A model generated the notes under the pieces. The model saw only the letters and a list, made by a program, of their open reading frames with translations. It ran no database searches and was not told where the DNA came from. Below are positions 52,525-64,000 of a stretch of DNA of 64,000 bases, in pieces. This DNA comes from Octopus sinensis (Eukaryota), in NCBI RefSeq assembly GCF_006345805.1, contig NC_043004.1:95480001-95544000 (forward strand). The letters are read 5' to 3'. Position 1 is the first letter of the stretch. The number at the start of each line of letters is the position of its first letter. The position numbers and the translations under genes were made by a program.

Positions 52525-52622
52525 GACGATGACTGTGGTGGTGGTGGTGGTGGTGGTGGTGATGGTGGTGGTGGTGGTGGTGGTGGTGGTGGTGGTGGTG
52601 GTGGTGCTGCTGCTGCTGCTAC

Positions 52623-52660
<38 letters not shown>

Positions 52661-53120
52661 GTGCTGGTGCTGGTGGGTGTTTTGGATGATGGTGGTGATG
52701 GTAGTGGTGCTGTTGGTGGCAGATATGACAGCAGCAATGGTGGAAACAGTAGCAGCGGCGGTGGCAGCGGCACTGGTGACAGTGGTGATGATGGCAGCGG
52801 AAGCAGCGGTGGTAGCAGTGGTGACAGTGGCTACGGCAGTGGGGGTGGGGGTGTTGGTGGTGGTGATGGTGGTGGTAGTGGTGGTGGTGGTGGTGGTGGT
52901 GGTGGTAGTGATGGTGGTGGTAGTGGTGGTGGTGGTGACGGTAGTGGTGGTAGTGGTGGTGGTGGTAGCGGTGGTGGTGGTGGTGGTAGTGGTGGTGGTG
53001 GTGGTGGTGGTAGTAGTAGTGGTGGTGGTGGTGGTGGTAGCGGTGGTGGTGGTGGTGGTAGTGGTGGTGGTGGTGGTGGTGGTAGTAGTAGTGGTGGTGG
53101 TGGTGGTGGTGGTGGTGGTG
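52525..53120. repeat. (GGT)n-rich compound microsatellite
   Basis: ggt/agt/gat/gct triplet runs. Confidence 0.9.
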
Positions 53121-53702
53121 GTTGGAAGGGTGGTTTGCTAGTGATGGTGATGATGATGATGATGATTACAATGAAGATAATAACGATGATGACGATGAAG
53201 ATGATGGTGGTGGTGGTACCGAATGGTCAGTAGCAGAAATGGCAAAACACTACTAAACCCATTGTAGTATTTTCATAGATAGCTTTACAGAATTAGTTCA
53301 AACCTTGCCAGTGTCAACTTTGACTTTCCCCTGTCTAGGGGTCAACAAAATAAATAGCAATAATATAATGGTGTTGAATTAATTAATTACAAATGTACCC
53401 TATGCCGACAAAAAAATGTCCTTATAACAATGTAACAGATCAATATTTGCATCACAACATATGCTAGACAGTCTTCTCAAATACAAACAACATCTCCGTC
53501 ACCAATTCAACAATGTCTTCATTGTTTGTTTCAAAATTTCCAGACTTTCAATAATAATGGTTAAAACTGATGGCATGAAAAACAGGGAGACGGATAGTGG
53601 TAAACAAAGAACAGTGGAGAAACTTGTCTTTATGTCTGTTTGAGTGTAAGTGTATGTATGTATGCATATGTCCACGCGTGATTGTGTGCCTATATATATA
53701 TA

Positions 53703-53770
<68 letters not shown>

Positions 53771-53820
53771 ATTTATGTATGTACATATATATATATATGT
53801 GTGTGTGTGTATACATATAT

Positions 53821-53869
<49 letters not shown>

Positions 53870-54209
53870 TACACACAAAGCGTAGCAACATGAATGTAAT
53901 ATAGAGATTTTACATATGTATTGAGATATATGAATTTCGATCAAATGTGCGTGTATGGAGTATGTGTTTATGTATAAATGTATGTGTGTATACATACGTA
54001 CACACACACGCTCACACATACACATATATACACATAGATGTGCTGGTAAGTACAGGTTTTTCAGCATGAAACTAATACTTATATCTTATTTTCATATCGT
54101 TTTATTTGTTGTTATTCATATTAATTTTGAACCTTTATATATTGGTATGTATGTATCTATTTTTATATTACACACAGACACAGACACACACACACACACA
54201 CACACACAC

Positions 54210-54261
<52 letters not shown>

Positions 54262-54268
54262 TATATAA

Positions 54269-54314
<46 letters not shown>

Positions 54315-54824
54315 TATACAAATATACATGCATATATACATACATAATTATATATATATATATATGTGCACACACACATATACACACACACACACTCATA
54401 AATGTATATGTTTATGTGTTTTCTGAAAGAGTAGAAATAACATTTCTTCATTTTAGTTGCTTTAATGGGAGAATACTGGAAAATTTCGATAAATAAAAGA
54501 AATGAAAGGATAAATAAGTTTTGAAGAACACCTGTTCATTATTAGTTATACCGCGTTGAATTTTTTTTTTTTTTAAATTTAAAATCTCAGTGGAGAAGAG
54601 GCAGGGGTATAGATATTAAACAATGGTAGAGAACAAATGACAAGTACCAACAGAGATTAACGTTCAATTTATCAAATTCTAACTGTAGAAAAAAAGTTAA
54701 ATGGCTTCTGTCTTCTTAGTAGCAACCTCCTACCCAAGTTGTTTGAATGATGTATCAAGACATTTCACACACCTGCTTGAATAACGTTTACTTATATATA
54801 TATATATATATATGTATGTATATA

Positions 54825-54882
<58 letters not shown>

Positions 54883-54920
54883 TATATATATATATATATA
54901 GATAGCATATATATTATATA

Positions 54921-54971
<51 letters not shown>

Positions 54972-55008
54972 CATATATATATTATATTATATACATATAT
55001 ATAATACA

Positions 55009-55076
<68 letters not shown>

Positions 55077-55344
55077 GTATATGTGTATGTGTATGTTTTT
55101 CTGCGCATGCGTGCGTATGTGTGCATGCATTAGTGTGTTGGTGAACGTATAAACACAATTTTGATAAACATACTTATCCATAGAGCAGTGAAAGGATGGA
55201 GATGAAAGAGTGGTGGTAGAAAATATAAATAGATTTTGGTACCGATCTGTAAATATGTATACGTATACTTTTCATTTTGTGTTATGCACACCCACACACA
55301 CACGCACGCATGCACGCACGCACACACATTGACATACACTCTTT

Positions 55345-55754
55345 TTTCCACTCTTTTTACTTGTTTCAGTCATTTGACTGCGGCCATGCTGGAGCACCGC
55401 CCTTAATCGAGCAACTCGACCCCGGGACCTATTCTTTTTGTAAGCCCAGTACTTATTCTATCGGTCTCTTTTTGCCGAACCGCTAAGTAACGGGGACATA
55501 AACACACCAGCATCGGTTGTCAAGCAATGCTAGGGGGACAAACACAGACACACAAACACACACACGCATATACATATATATACATATATACGACGGGCTT
55601 CTTTCAGTTTCCGTCTATCAAATCCACTCACAAGGCTTTGGTCGGCCCGAGGCTATAGTAGAAGACACTTGCCCAAGGTGCCACGCAGTGGGACTGAACC
55701 CAGAACCATGTGGTTGGTAAACAAGCTACTTACCACACAGCCACTCCTGCGCCT
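55345..55754 (-). mobile_element. Well-preserved full-length copy of the major tRNA-derived SINE
   Basis: aggcgcaggagtggctgtgtggtaag..gggttcagtcccactgcgtggcacc. Confidence 0.92.
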
Positions 55755-56424
55755 ATTTTATGACAGTTTGGCTCAGCTTCAAATTAGCTAAAGTTTCGTG
55801 GGCATAGAACACCTCATAAGATGTTCAGAGCTGAGTTAAACTATTATTAAATGCATCTGACTCCACCCAAATATGCTGAGCACTACTTTCATTCATATGT
55901 TTACTCAATTGTTTATGTGTGTGTGTGTGTGTGTATGCATGTATGTATGTATGCGTGCATGTATGCATATATGTATGTATGTATTAAAGAGTTTTTGTAA
56001 GGGGAAAATATATGTGACAGTAGACTGAACTGACGTATGAAATCATAAATTTATAAAATAATAGATTACGTTATGAAATTCTGCATTTCAACTTCATTTT
56101 TCTTTTCAGATCATCTTTATAGGTGTTATATTTATTCTGGTTAAAAGAATTGCCGTGCAGGATATAAAACTCATATAATTGGTAGTGATGTTTTATATAA
56201 CAGCGATCAGCCACCAGGGTGGTGCACAATTTCTATGCTTTTGTGTCAGCCACACATTGCAAATGGAGATTTTACATTTCTTTCATCAATCTAGAAAAGT
56301 TTTTCGTTTATATAATTTTAAATATGTTTTTTGAATGTAACACAATCATTAAATAAGACATATATCAGGTGTGGGTTATGTATGCTGGGGAAGGAGGTAT
56401 AATAAAATGGTATGCACTCCCCTC

Positions 56425-57635
56425 ATAAATTCTAAAGTACTAAAAGCAATTTTTGTAAGTTTATGCCGACAGACTATGATAATTTAACATATCGACATAG
56501 TCTACTGACAAAAGACATGAACAGTCATGGAAACAAAAGTTTCCCCGACATATGCCAACTTAGTCATGTGATACCATGAGCTGAAAATATACGAAAAATC
56601 CTCAAAAATTTTTCCACGTTAATTCAGCAGTTAATGGTTTAGGAGAGGTTTCTTGATCATTGTTTCATTTTTGAGAGAGAAAAACTGACAGATTGAAGCG
56701 ATTCCAAAATTTTATAAACATAAGTCTTGACATTCAATTCACCATTGAATTCAGTAACTAAAACTTCACTGCCGAAACAATCTAATAGCAAAAGAAATAC
56801 AATACTAGGAGCTGGCATATATTTTAAACTCATTGACTTACAAAAATACCTCCATTTTACATCATGCCATTTGAGGCACGCCGTCAAACCCCGAGAAAGA
56901 GACCGATGTCTATATGAAATGAAAAAAATACTTATCATGAGAAAATACCCCATAAAGTTGACTGACTTTGGAATTAAAAATATCAAAGAAATTAACATCT
57001 AAAAGTTTCAAACTGCAAAATACAAAAAAAAAAAAAAGAAAGAAAGAAAAGGAAAACTTGCTACTCCATATATTTCAATCTTTAACCCAAAGAGCACCGA
57101 AACTTTCGTCAACATCTTTATAAACCTATCAATATCATTACAGGACAAAAATGTCTTGGAAAAATATCTAAAATGCAAGAAGCAAGCGAAATCACTAAAA
57201 AGGATATTGACCAACACAAAACTACATCCATAAGTGATGTACCCTAAAGTCAGTAAATGCAACCAGCCAGACTGGGGAACATGTAGCAACCTATTGAAGG
57301 GTTCCGAATTTATCTTCTAAAAGAGTCCTGCCTTCAAAATTAAAAACAATTTCTGTGACAACTCAGACAACCTATTATACATTATACCTTGTAAAGGTTT
57401 CCAAGAACACTATATCGGAAAAGCACGTACGATACTCAGAAAAAATGACAGTACATCGCCAGCAAATCTGGGAACCATACACAAGAAAAATAACCCTGAA
57501 TGAACATATAAGAAATTGATCTTACCGAACTATTCAGTCTTCCAACTCTAGCACTGTGGTAACTCGACAATGGACCGGCAACTGAACAAGAGAGAAATAT
57601 ACTTTATTAAAAAAATACAAACTGAAACTTAATGT
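56425..57635 (+). mobile_element. Degenerate Penelope-like element (Neptune-like): RT C-terminal half plus GIY-YIG
   Basis: TVMETKVSPTYANLVM; RFLDHCF; IYFKLIDLQKYLHFTSCH; KCNQPDWGTC; NLLYIIPCKGFQEHYIGKART; REIYFIKKYK..LN. Confidence 0.8.
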
Positions 57636-57878
57636 ATTACGCTTTAATTAGCTCACACCACTAACTATATACACATAGCGTTCTTCCAGTTGATAACAAT
57701 AATACAAAATTTTACTAAGTGGTAAGAATTTTCTGATTGGTAATGAACTGAAATATATTTGTTCATGTATTTACACGAATGTTTTTCTTGTGTATTGTTT
57801 TGTGAATATATGTATGCTGACACACCAATGTGTCTGTATGTATGCATATACAAATGTATACATATATATATATGTATA

Positions 57879-58790
57879 GCCATAGATGTGGCTGAGTGGT
57901 AAGAAGCTTGCTTCCCAACCACATGGTTCCAGGTTAAGTCTCACAGCATGAAATCTTGAGCAAGTGTCTTTTGCTATAGCCACAGGCCTACCAAAGCCTT
58001 AAGAGTGGATTTGGTAGGCAGGAACTGAAAGAATTCCGTTGTGTCTAGTTCTAGAAATTGTGTTTTGTAAGCGACAGACTACGTTAATGAGCTTGCAGAT
58101 ATATACATTCATAAATATTAACAAGCGAAACCATTGGTACGTAGGAAATCGTTTTTTGATTCGTATATTTTCATTTTTGCCTTGCTCATTTTTACGTTCT
58201 GGCGTTTTTCTGAAATTTTTGTTGAGAACACACTCTTCGTGGTAAGGTAATTTGACGTCTATCTTTAGCACATTAGGAGTCCACCTTGGTGGCTATTCCT
58301 CTTAATTTTGTGTGTGTGTGTATGTTTCTGTGTATTATGTATTCATGCATGCATGTATATATGTATGTATCTATGTATGTATTTATGTGTGTGTGTTTTT
58401 TCTTGAGAACACACTCTTCGTGGTAAGGCGATTTGACGTCTATCTTTAGCATATTAAGAGTCCACCTTGGTGGTCATTCCCCTTAATTTTGTGTGTGTGT
58501 GTTTCTGTGTATTATGTATGCATGCATGCATGTATGTATGTATGTATGCATCTATGTATGTATTTATGTGTGTGTGTTTTTGTGTCTGTGTTTGTTCCCC
58601 ACCATCACCACTTAACAACTGGTCTTGGTGCGTTTATGTCTCCATAACTTAGTGGTTCAGCAAAAGAGACCAATAGAATAAGTACTTGGCTGAAGAAGCT
58701 AAGTCCTAGAGTTAATTTGTTCGACTAAAACCCTTAAAGGTGGAGCGCCAGCATGGCCACAGTCTAACAACTGAAATGAGTAAAAAAGAA
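57879..58790 (+). mobile_element. Major SINE interrupted by an insert containing an ~180-bp tandem duplication
   Basis: Head at 57879-58040, tail at 58580-58790; ttgagaacacactcttcgtggtaagg at ~58222 and ~58403. Confidence 0.7.
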
Positions 58791-59323
58791 AAAGAAAATA
58801 TATATACACGTGAGTGTATATATGATGGTATGTGCAGTTGTATATACATTACATGACAATATATGAGGATTGAATCAGAGTTATAAATTCAAAATATGTT
58901 TACTGGATCGTTATACTGCATTTGGATTGGAGGAATTACAACCGTGTTTCGTGGTCTGCTACCACAACAGCTCCTTTATAGGATCCAGTTGGCTCAAGAC
59001 ATCATCAGGAGGAACCACGTCCGGTTTTGGCCCCTACTCCTCTACCATTTTGACGTGGTGGGCCCCCCCCCTTTCGGAGGTGTCTTCAGCTCTGGTGTTG
59101 GGTGCATGTCTTCTTTCTTCTTCTTTCTTCTGTTCCCTGGCCTCTTCGATGTATCATCAGTGAGTGTCAACTGGTAAAATAAAAAAGCAAAACTCACCAA
59201 CACCAATATCAATTACATTAAGAACATCAAAAACCTAGGTAGACAGTTTCTGGGAAGAGAATAGCCACTTTTTTTTTATAAAATCAGAAATCTGTCGCTT
59301 TATGTTTCTTTGTATTTTTATTC

Positions 59324-59629
59324 GTGGAGGCACATGGCCAAGTGGTTAGAGCAGCGGGCTCGTGGTTGAGGGATCGCTGGTTCAAATTTCAGACCGGGCG
59401 ATGTGTGTGTTTATGAGCGAAACACCTAAGCTCCTCATGGCTCCGGCAGAAGGTAATGGCAAACTTCTGCTGACACTTTCAACACAACTTTCTCTCATTC
59501 TTTCCTCCTGCATCTTACAGCTCACCTGCGACGGACCGGCGTCCCGTCCAGGTGGGGGAAACCTATACAACAAGGAAACCGGGAAACCGGCCCTTATGAG
59601 CCAGGCATGGCTCAAGAAGGAACAAACAA
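59324..59629 (+). mobile_element. tRNA-derived SINE with a Meta-domain-like core
   Basis: gtggaggcacatggccaagtggttag..ggttcaaattt head; cctgcgacggaccggcgtcccgtccagg..gaaaccgggaaaccggccc. Confidence 0.75.
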
Positions 59630-60191
59630 TAGTTTTATTCACCATCCTTCACTCTCTTAAAGAACATCAATATTCTGCATAAATAGAAATATTTTCTGAA
59701 AATGTTAATCAACATGCACCCTCGTTAAGAGAACACGTGTAACAAAAGATATACAAATGAAAAGTTGCCTTGGAAATGATATAAGTGACATAACTACTTA
59801 TTTAACTAATCACATGTGAACTCACCACATCGACTTAAAATCAATTGAAAAACCACTTTGAACTTTTATAAGCTGAATGACAGCAAAACCAACCTCAGTT
59901 ACTAAAATATGAATCTTCTACTGCGCAATGTCTTTTAGTTACAACATGAACTAAAATTTATTCACTAAAGCTTTTTATATGGAAACTATTTTTTTTTTTA
60001 ATGAGCATCATGAAGTAACATGGAATATTTTTGTCTCATCAATATTTTTCTTTTTTTTTTGCTGTTTTTGTTTTGGATTGTGCATGTAAAACTCACTTTT
60101 CAAAAATTCTTGCTAATATTTGTTCAATAAAAATATATGGAAACATTTGTTATGGGGAAACATATTTTTGTGTCTTTACTTTCACACACAC

Positions 60192-60222
<31 letters not shown>

Positions 60223-60280
60223 ATATATACATACACACACACACGCACACATATATATATATACATATATACATACATAC

Positions 60281-60322
<42 letters not shown>

Positions 60323-60431
60323 AAAATATATTCGCATCTGATGTTAAAATATAAAAGTTATTTTATTCAAACAAATATAAATATGTATAAAAATTTAATG
60401 CATTTTCATCCTTCTCTTTTTATATCATACC

Positions 60432-60463
<32 letters not shown>

Positions 60464-60492
60464 GTATTTAGAGAGAGAGAGAAAGAGATGGA

Positions 60493-60654
60493 GGCATAGT
60501 GGGGCTGTGTGGTAAGTAGCTTACTTCCCAACCACACGGTTCCAGGTTCAGTTCCACTGCGTGGCAACTTGGGCAGGTGTCTTCTACTATAGCCTCAGGT
60601 CAATCAAAGCCTGTGAGTGGATATGATAGGCGGAAACTGAAAGAAGCCTGTCAT

Positions 60655-60709
<55 letters not shown>

Positions 60710-60915
60710 ATTGTGTTTTGAGTATGTGCTTGTCCCCCTACCATCGCTTGACAACTGATGTTGGTGTGTTTACATCACTGTCACTTAGCAGTTCAGCAGC
60801 AAAGTCACCGACAGAAAAGTACTAGGCTTACAAAGAATAAGTTCTGGGTTGATTTGTTCAACTAAAAGCAGTGCAACCCGCATGGTCGCAGTCAAATGAC
60901 TGAAACAAATAAATG
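60493..60915 (+). mobile_element. Major tRNA-derived SINE
   Basis: Homology to 55345-55754. Confidence 0.85.
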
Positions 60916-60951
60916 AATACATACATATGTATATATATATATATAATATAA

Positions 60952-60992
<41 letters not shown>

Positions 60993-61823
60993 ATATGCAT
61001 ATTTATATATATGTGTGTATGTATGTAAGTATGTGTTTGTGTGTGGGTGGGTGGGGGAGTGTGTTAGTGCCTCCATATCATGACTTGATATGGTACTTGT
61101 AAATGAGTGTCTTTATCAGACAAGCAGTATTATTTGTTCTCAATTTTTGTGCAGCTAAGTTCTGCTGGGAAGAAATACTGTCTTGCTGAGAAAAAGATGA
61201 AGGTTGATGACAGGAAGGGCATCCACCTATAAGATAATCGGCCTCGATGAATTCTGTCAGAATCATGCAATCATCGTAAAGTGGATGTGAAGTGGATGTT
61301 ATATTGATGATGATGATGATGATGATGACGACGACAATGACGACTACGATGACGACGACGAAGACGATTGTGGCAGGCGGTGGTGGTGGTGGTGGTGGTG
61401 GTAGTGGTGGCAGTGCTGGTTGTGGTGATGGTGATGATGATGATGATGCATAAAGCCTGGATTTGAAAGCATTAATTAGAATTAGGTGTTCTGAAAAAAA
61501 CAAAAAAAAAGCAAAAAAACGTGCATGATTAAATCCAAATATTTTGATATAGGTAAATTTTTATGAAAACCATATTTTATTGGTCAAGTGGTACACTTGT
61601 AACAGGAAATGAATGAAGTTGGCGCTTTACGCTGTGGTTGGTTGTAATTGAGAAATGTATCCCCCAACCCATGCCAGGACTGCCCAAAAGCCATTAGTAA
61701 ATTGTTTTCTGTGGGAAATTATATCGTAGATACAACCATTCAATCATTTAAAAGCAACCCTATGTCCGGCACCATATTTATGAAATTTTATGTATGTATA
61801 TGATTTATGTATGTATGTGTGTG

Positions 61824-61873
<50 letters not shown>

Positions 61874-61906
61874 GTTATATGTATATACAAATATGTATAA
61901 ATGGTG

Positions 61907-61960
<54 letters not shown>

Positions 61961-62039
61961 TACATATATACATATATATATACATACATACATGCATGCA
62001 TACATACATACATACTTATATATATACATACAAATATAA

Positions 62040-62157
62040 AGATAGATTGATAAATAGATAGATAAATAGATAGATGGACCAACAGACAGGTAGATAGAAA
62101 GATTACTTGATCGACAGACAGACAGACAGACAGATAGATAGATAGATAGATAGATGA

Positions 62158-62235
<78 letters not shown>

Positions 62236-62431
62236 GAATGGATGGATGGATAGACAGACAGAGACAGCCAAATAGATAGATACATAGATTGATTGATAGA
62301 TAGAGACAGACAGATATACAAACAGATTGATAGACAGACAGATAGATAGAATGATAGATAGATTGATTGATTGATAGATAGACAGATAGATAGATCGAGA
62401 GAGAGACAGACAGACAGACACTCAGACAGAC

Positions 62432-62516
<85 letters not shown>

Positions 62517-62520
62517 TAAA
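62040..62520. repeat. (GATA)n/(GACA)n tetranucleotide array
   Basis: Direct inspection. Confidence 0.95.
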
Positions 62521-62864
62521 TACCTCATCAGTTTTGGTTCATGATTTATTAATTAATTAGGGGATTTGACTTGGCCACATGACCATTAATAGATTACATG
62601 CTGTTTTATGATTTTGAATGTAAATGACACAATTCTGTCTTAATTTCTGTAAGGAATACATCATTCAAGATTTGATGACTCATAACACATTAGTTTGAAT
62701 GGCCACAACAGGCTATATTATAGGTTTATAATGGGATCATCCATATCATAGTGGTGTTGTTGTTTAGCCCCAGGTCAGCTCTGGTCAAGCAGACCTATGA
62801 TCAAAGGTGGTTTAGTCTTTCCTGTACCATCTTTATTGATGCTTTAGCATTCTTTTTTAATTAT

Positions 62865-63238
62865 TTATTTTTTACTTGTTTCAGTCGTTACACTGTGGCC
62901 ATGCTGGAGCACCACCTTGTAGAATTTTTAGTCGAATGACTTCACCCCAGTACTTAATAATTTTTAAAGCCTGTTACTTATTCTGTCAGTCTGTTTTGCT
63001 GAACTGCTAAGTTAGAAGGACATAAACACACCAGCACCAGTGTCAGGCGTTGGCCAGGGACAAACACAGACACAAACACACACACACACACACACACACA
63101 CATTCACAACAAGATTCTTTCAGTTTCTGTTAACAAATCTACTTGCAAGGCTTTGGCCAACACAAGGTGCCACACAATGGGACTGAACCCAGAACCATGC
63201 GACTGAGAATCATGCTTTTTACCGCACAGCCACGACTG
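62865..63238 (-). mobile_element. Diverged copy of the major tRNA-derived SINE
   Basis: Homology to 55345-55754. Confidence 0.75.
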
Positions 63239-63408
63239 TCACTTCTTTTCTTTTAATAAGCTACATCCTCTGAGAGACATTTGATTGCTATTTCTAGGAA
63301 TTCAAGTAACCATATAAATGGATTTCTAGAAGGTTCGTCCTGTTGACGTTGTTGATGTTTTTTGCTATTGTCGATGCTGTTGGATTCAGTTTCATTGCTG
63401 TTGATGTT

Positions 63409-63409
<1 letters not shown>

Positions 63410-63454
<45 letters not shown>

Positions 63455-63562
63455 ACAACATCGTCGTCGTCGTCATCATCATCATCATCATCGACACACA
63501 TCATCATCATCATCATCATCACCATCATCATCATCACCACCATCATCATCATCATCACCACC

Positions 63563-63594
<32 letters not shown>

Positions 63595-63752
63595 CATCAT
63601 CACCATCGTCATCATCATCATCACCATCATCATCGTCATCATCATCATCATCATCATCATCATCGTCATCATCATCATCATCATCATCAACAACAACATC
63701 ATCATCGTCATCGTCGTCATTATTATTTTTATTATCATCATTATTATTATTA

Positions 63753-63783
<31 letters not shown>

Positions 63784-63851
63784 CATCATTATTGTTGATG
63801 TTGTTGATGATGTTATTATTATTATTGTTATTGTTATTATTATTATTATTA

Positions 63852-63882
<31 letters not shown>

Positions 63883-63900
63883 CATCATTGTTGTTGTTAT
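63410..63900. repeat. (ATC)n/(ATT)n compound microsatellite
   Basis: Direct inspection. Confidence 0.95.
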
Positions 63901-64000
63901 TACTGCAGCTGTTGTTTTTGTTGCTGGATAGTGTGTTGTTGTTGACTGCAGTTATATTGTTGTTGATGTTGTTGTTAATATTGCTCTTGTTTGTTTCCAT

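Noticed and set aside
52487-53233. 248-aa Gly-rich ORF with GGGGS repeats resembling a glycine-rich structural protein
   Set aside because: (GGT)n compound microsatellite; overlapping frames give poly-Val and poly-Thr; no signal peptide or splice context
55690-55754. tRNA genes at SINE heads (also ~14890-14957 and ~59324-59400)
   Set aside because: A/B boxes are present but there is no complete cloverleaf, and each continues into a SINE body
58930-59060. Minus-strand frame interrupted only by TAG codons, suggesting A-to-I stop recoding
   Set aside because: No evidence of transcription, dsRNA structure or homology; compatible with chance

Overview
AT-rich, microsatellite-dense eukaryotic DNA. 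The SINE/RTE repeat complement suggests an octopod cephalopod; this is inference from repeat familiarity, not a database match. No host protein-coding gene can be supported; the long ORFs in the track are translated simple repeats. Positions 1-18064 recur at 18265-36371 across a 100-N gap (18065-18164), most likely an uncollapsed haplotype overlap. The rest is a nested mosaic of mobile elements: tRNA-derived SINEs, RTE, CR1 and R4/Dong LINE remnants, three Penelope-like element (PLE) relics, Helitron pieces, mariner, piggyBac- and hAT-type MITEs, and a complete non-coding TRIM-like LTR element (TG..CA LTRs, tRNA-Ser PBS, PPT, 5-bp TSD). The most interesting signal is a set of small type I hammerhead ribozyme (HHR) motifs, mostly next to (TA)n. 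One has a canonical core and lies in the 3' region of a PLE that carries a 114-bp fold-back at its 5' end. Others carry non-canonical catalytic cores (A6U in a repeat family present at two independent loci; U4C at a third). All translations and folds were done by eye, and element boundaries without a TSD are approximate.
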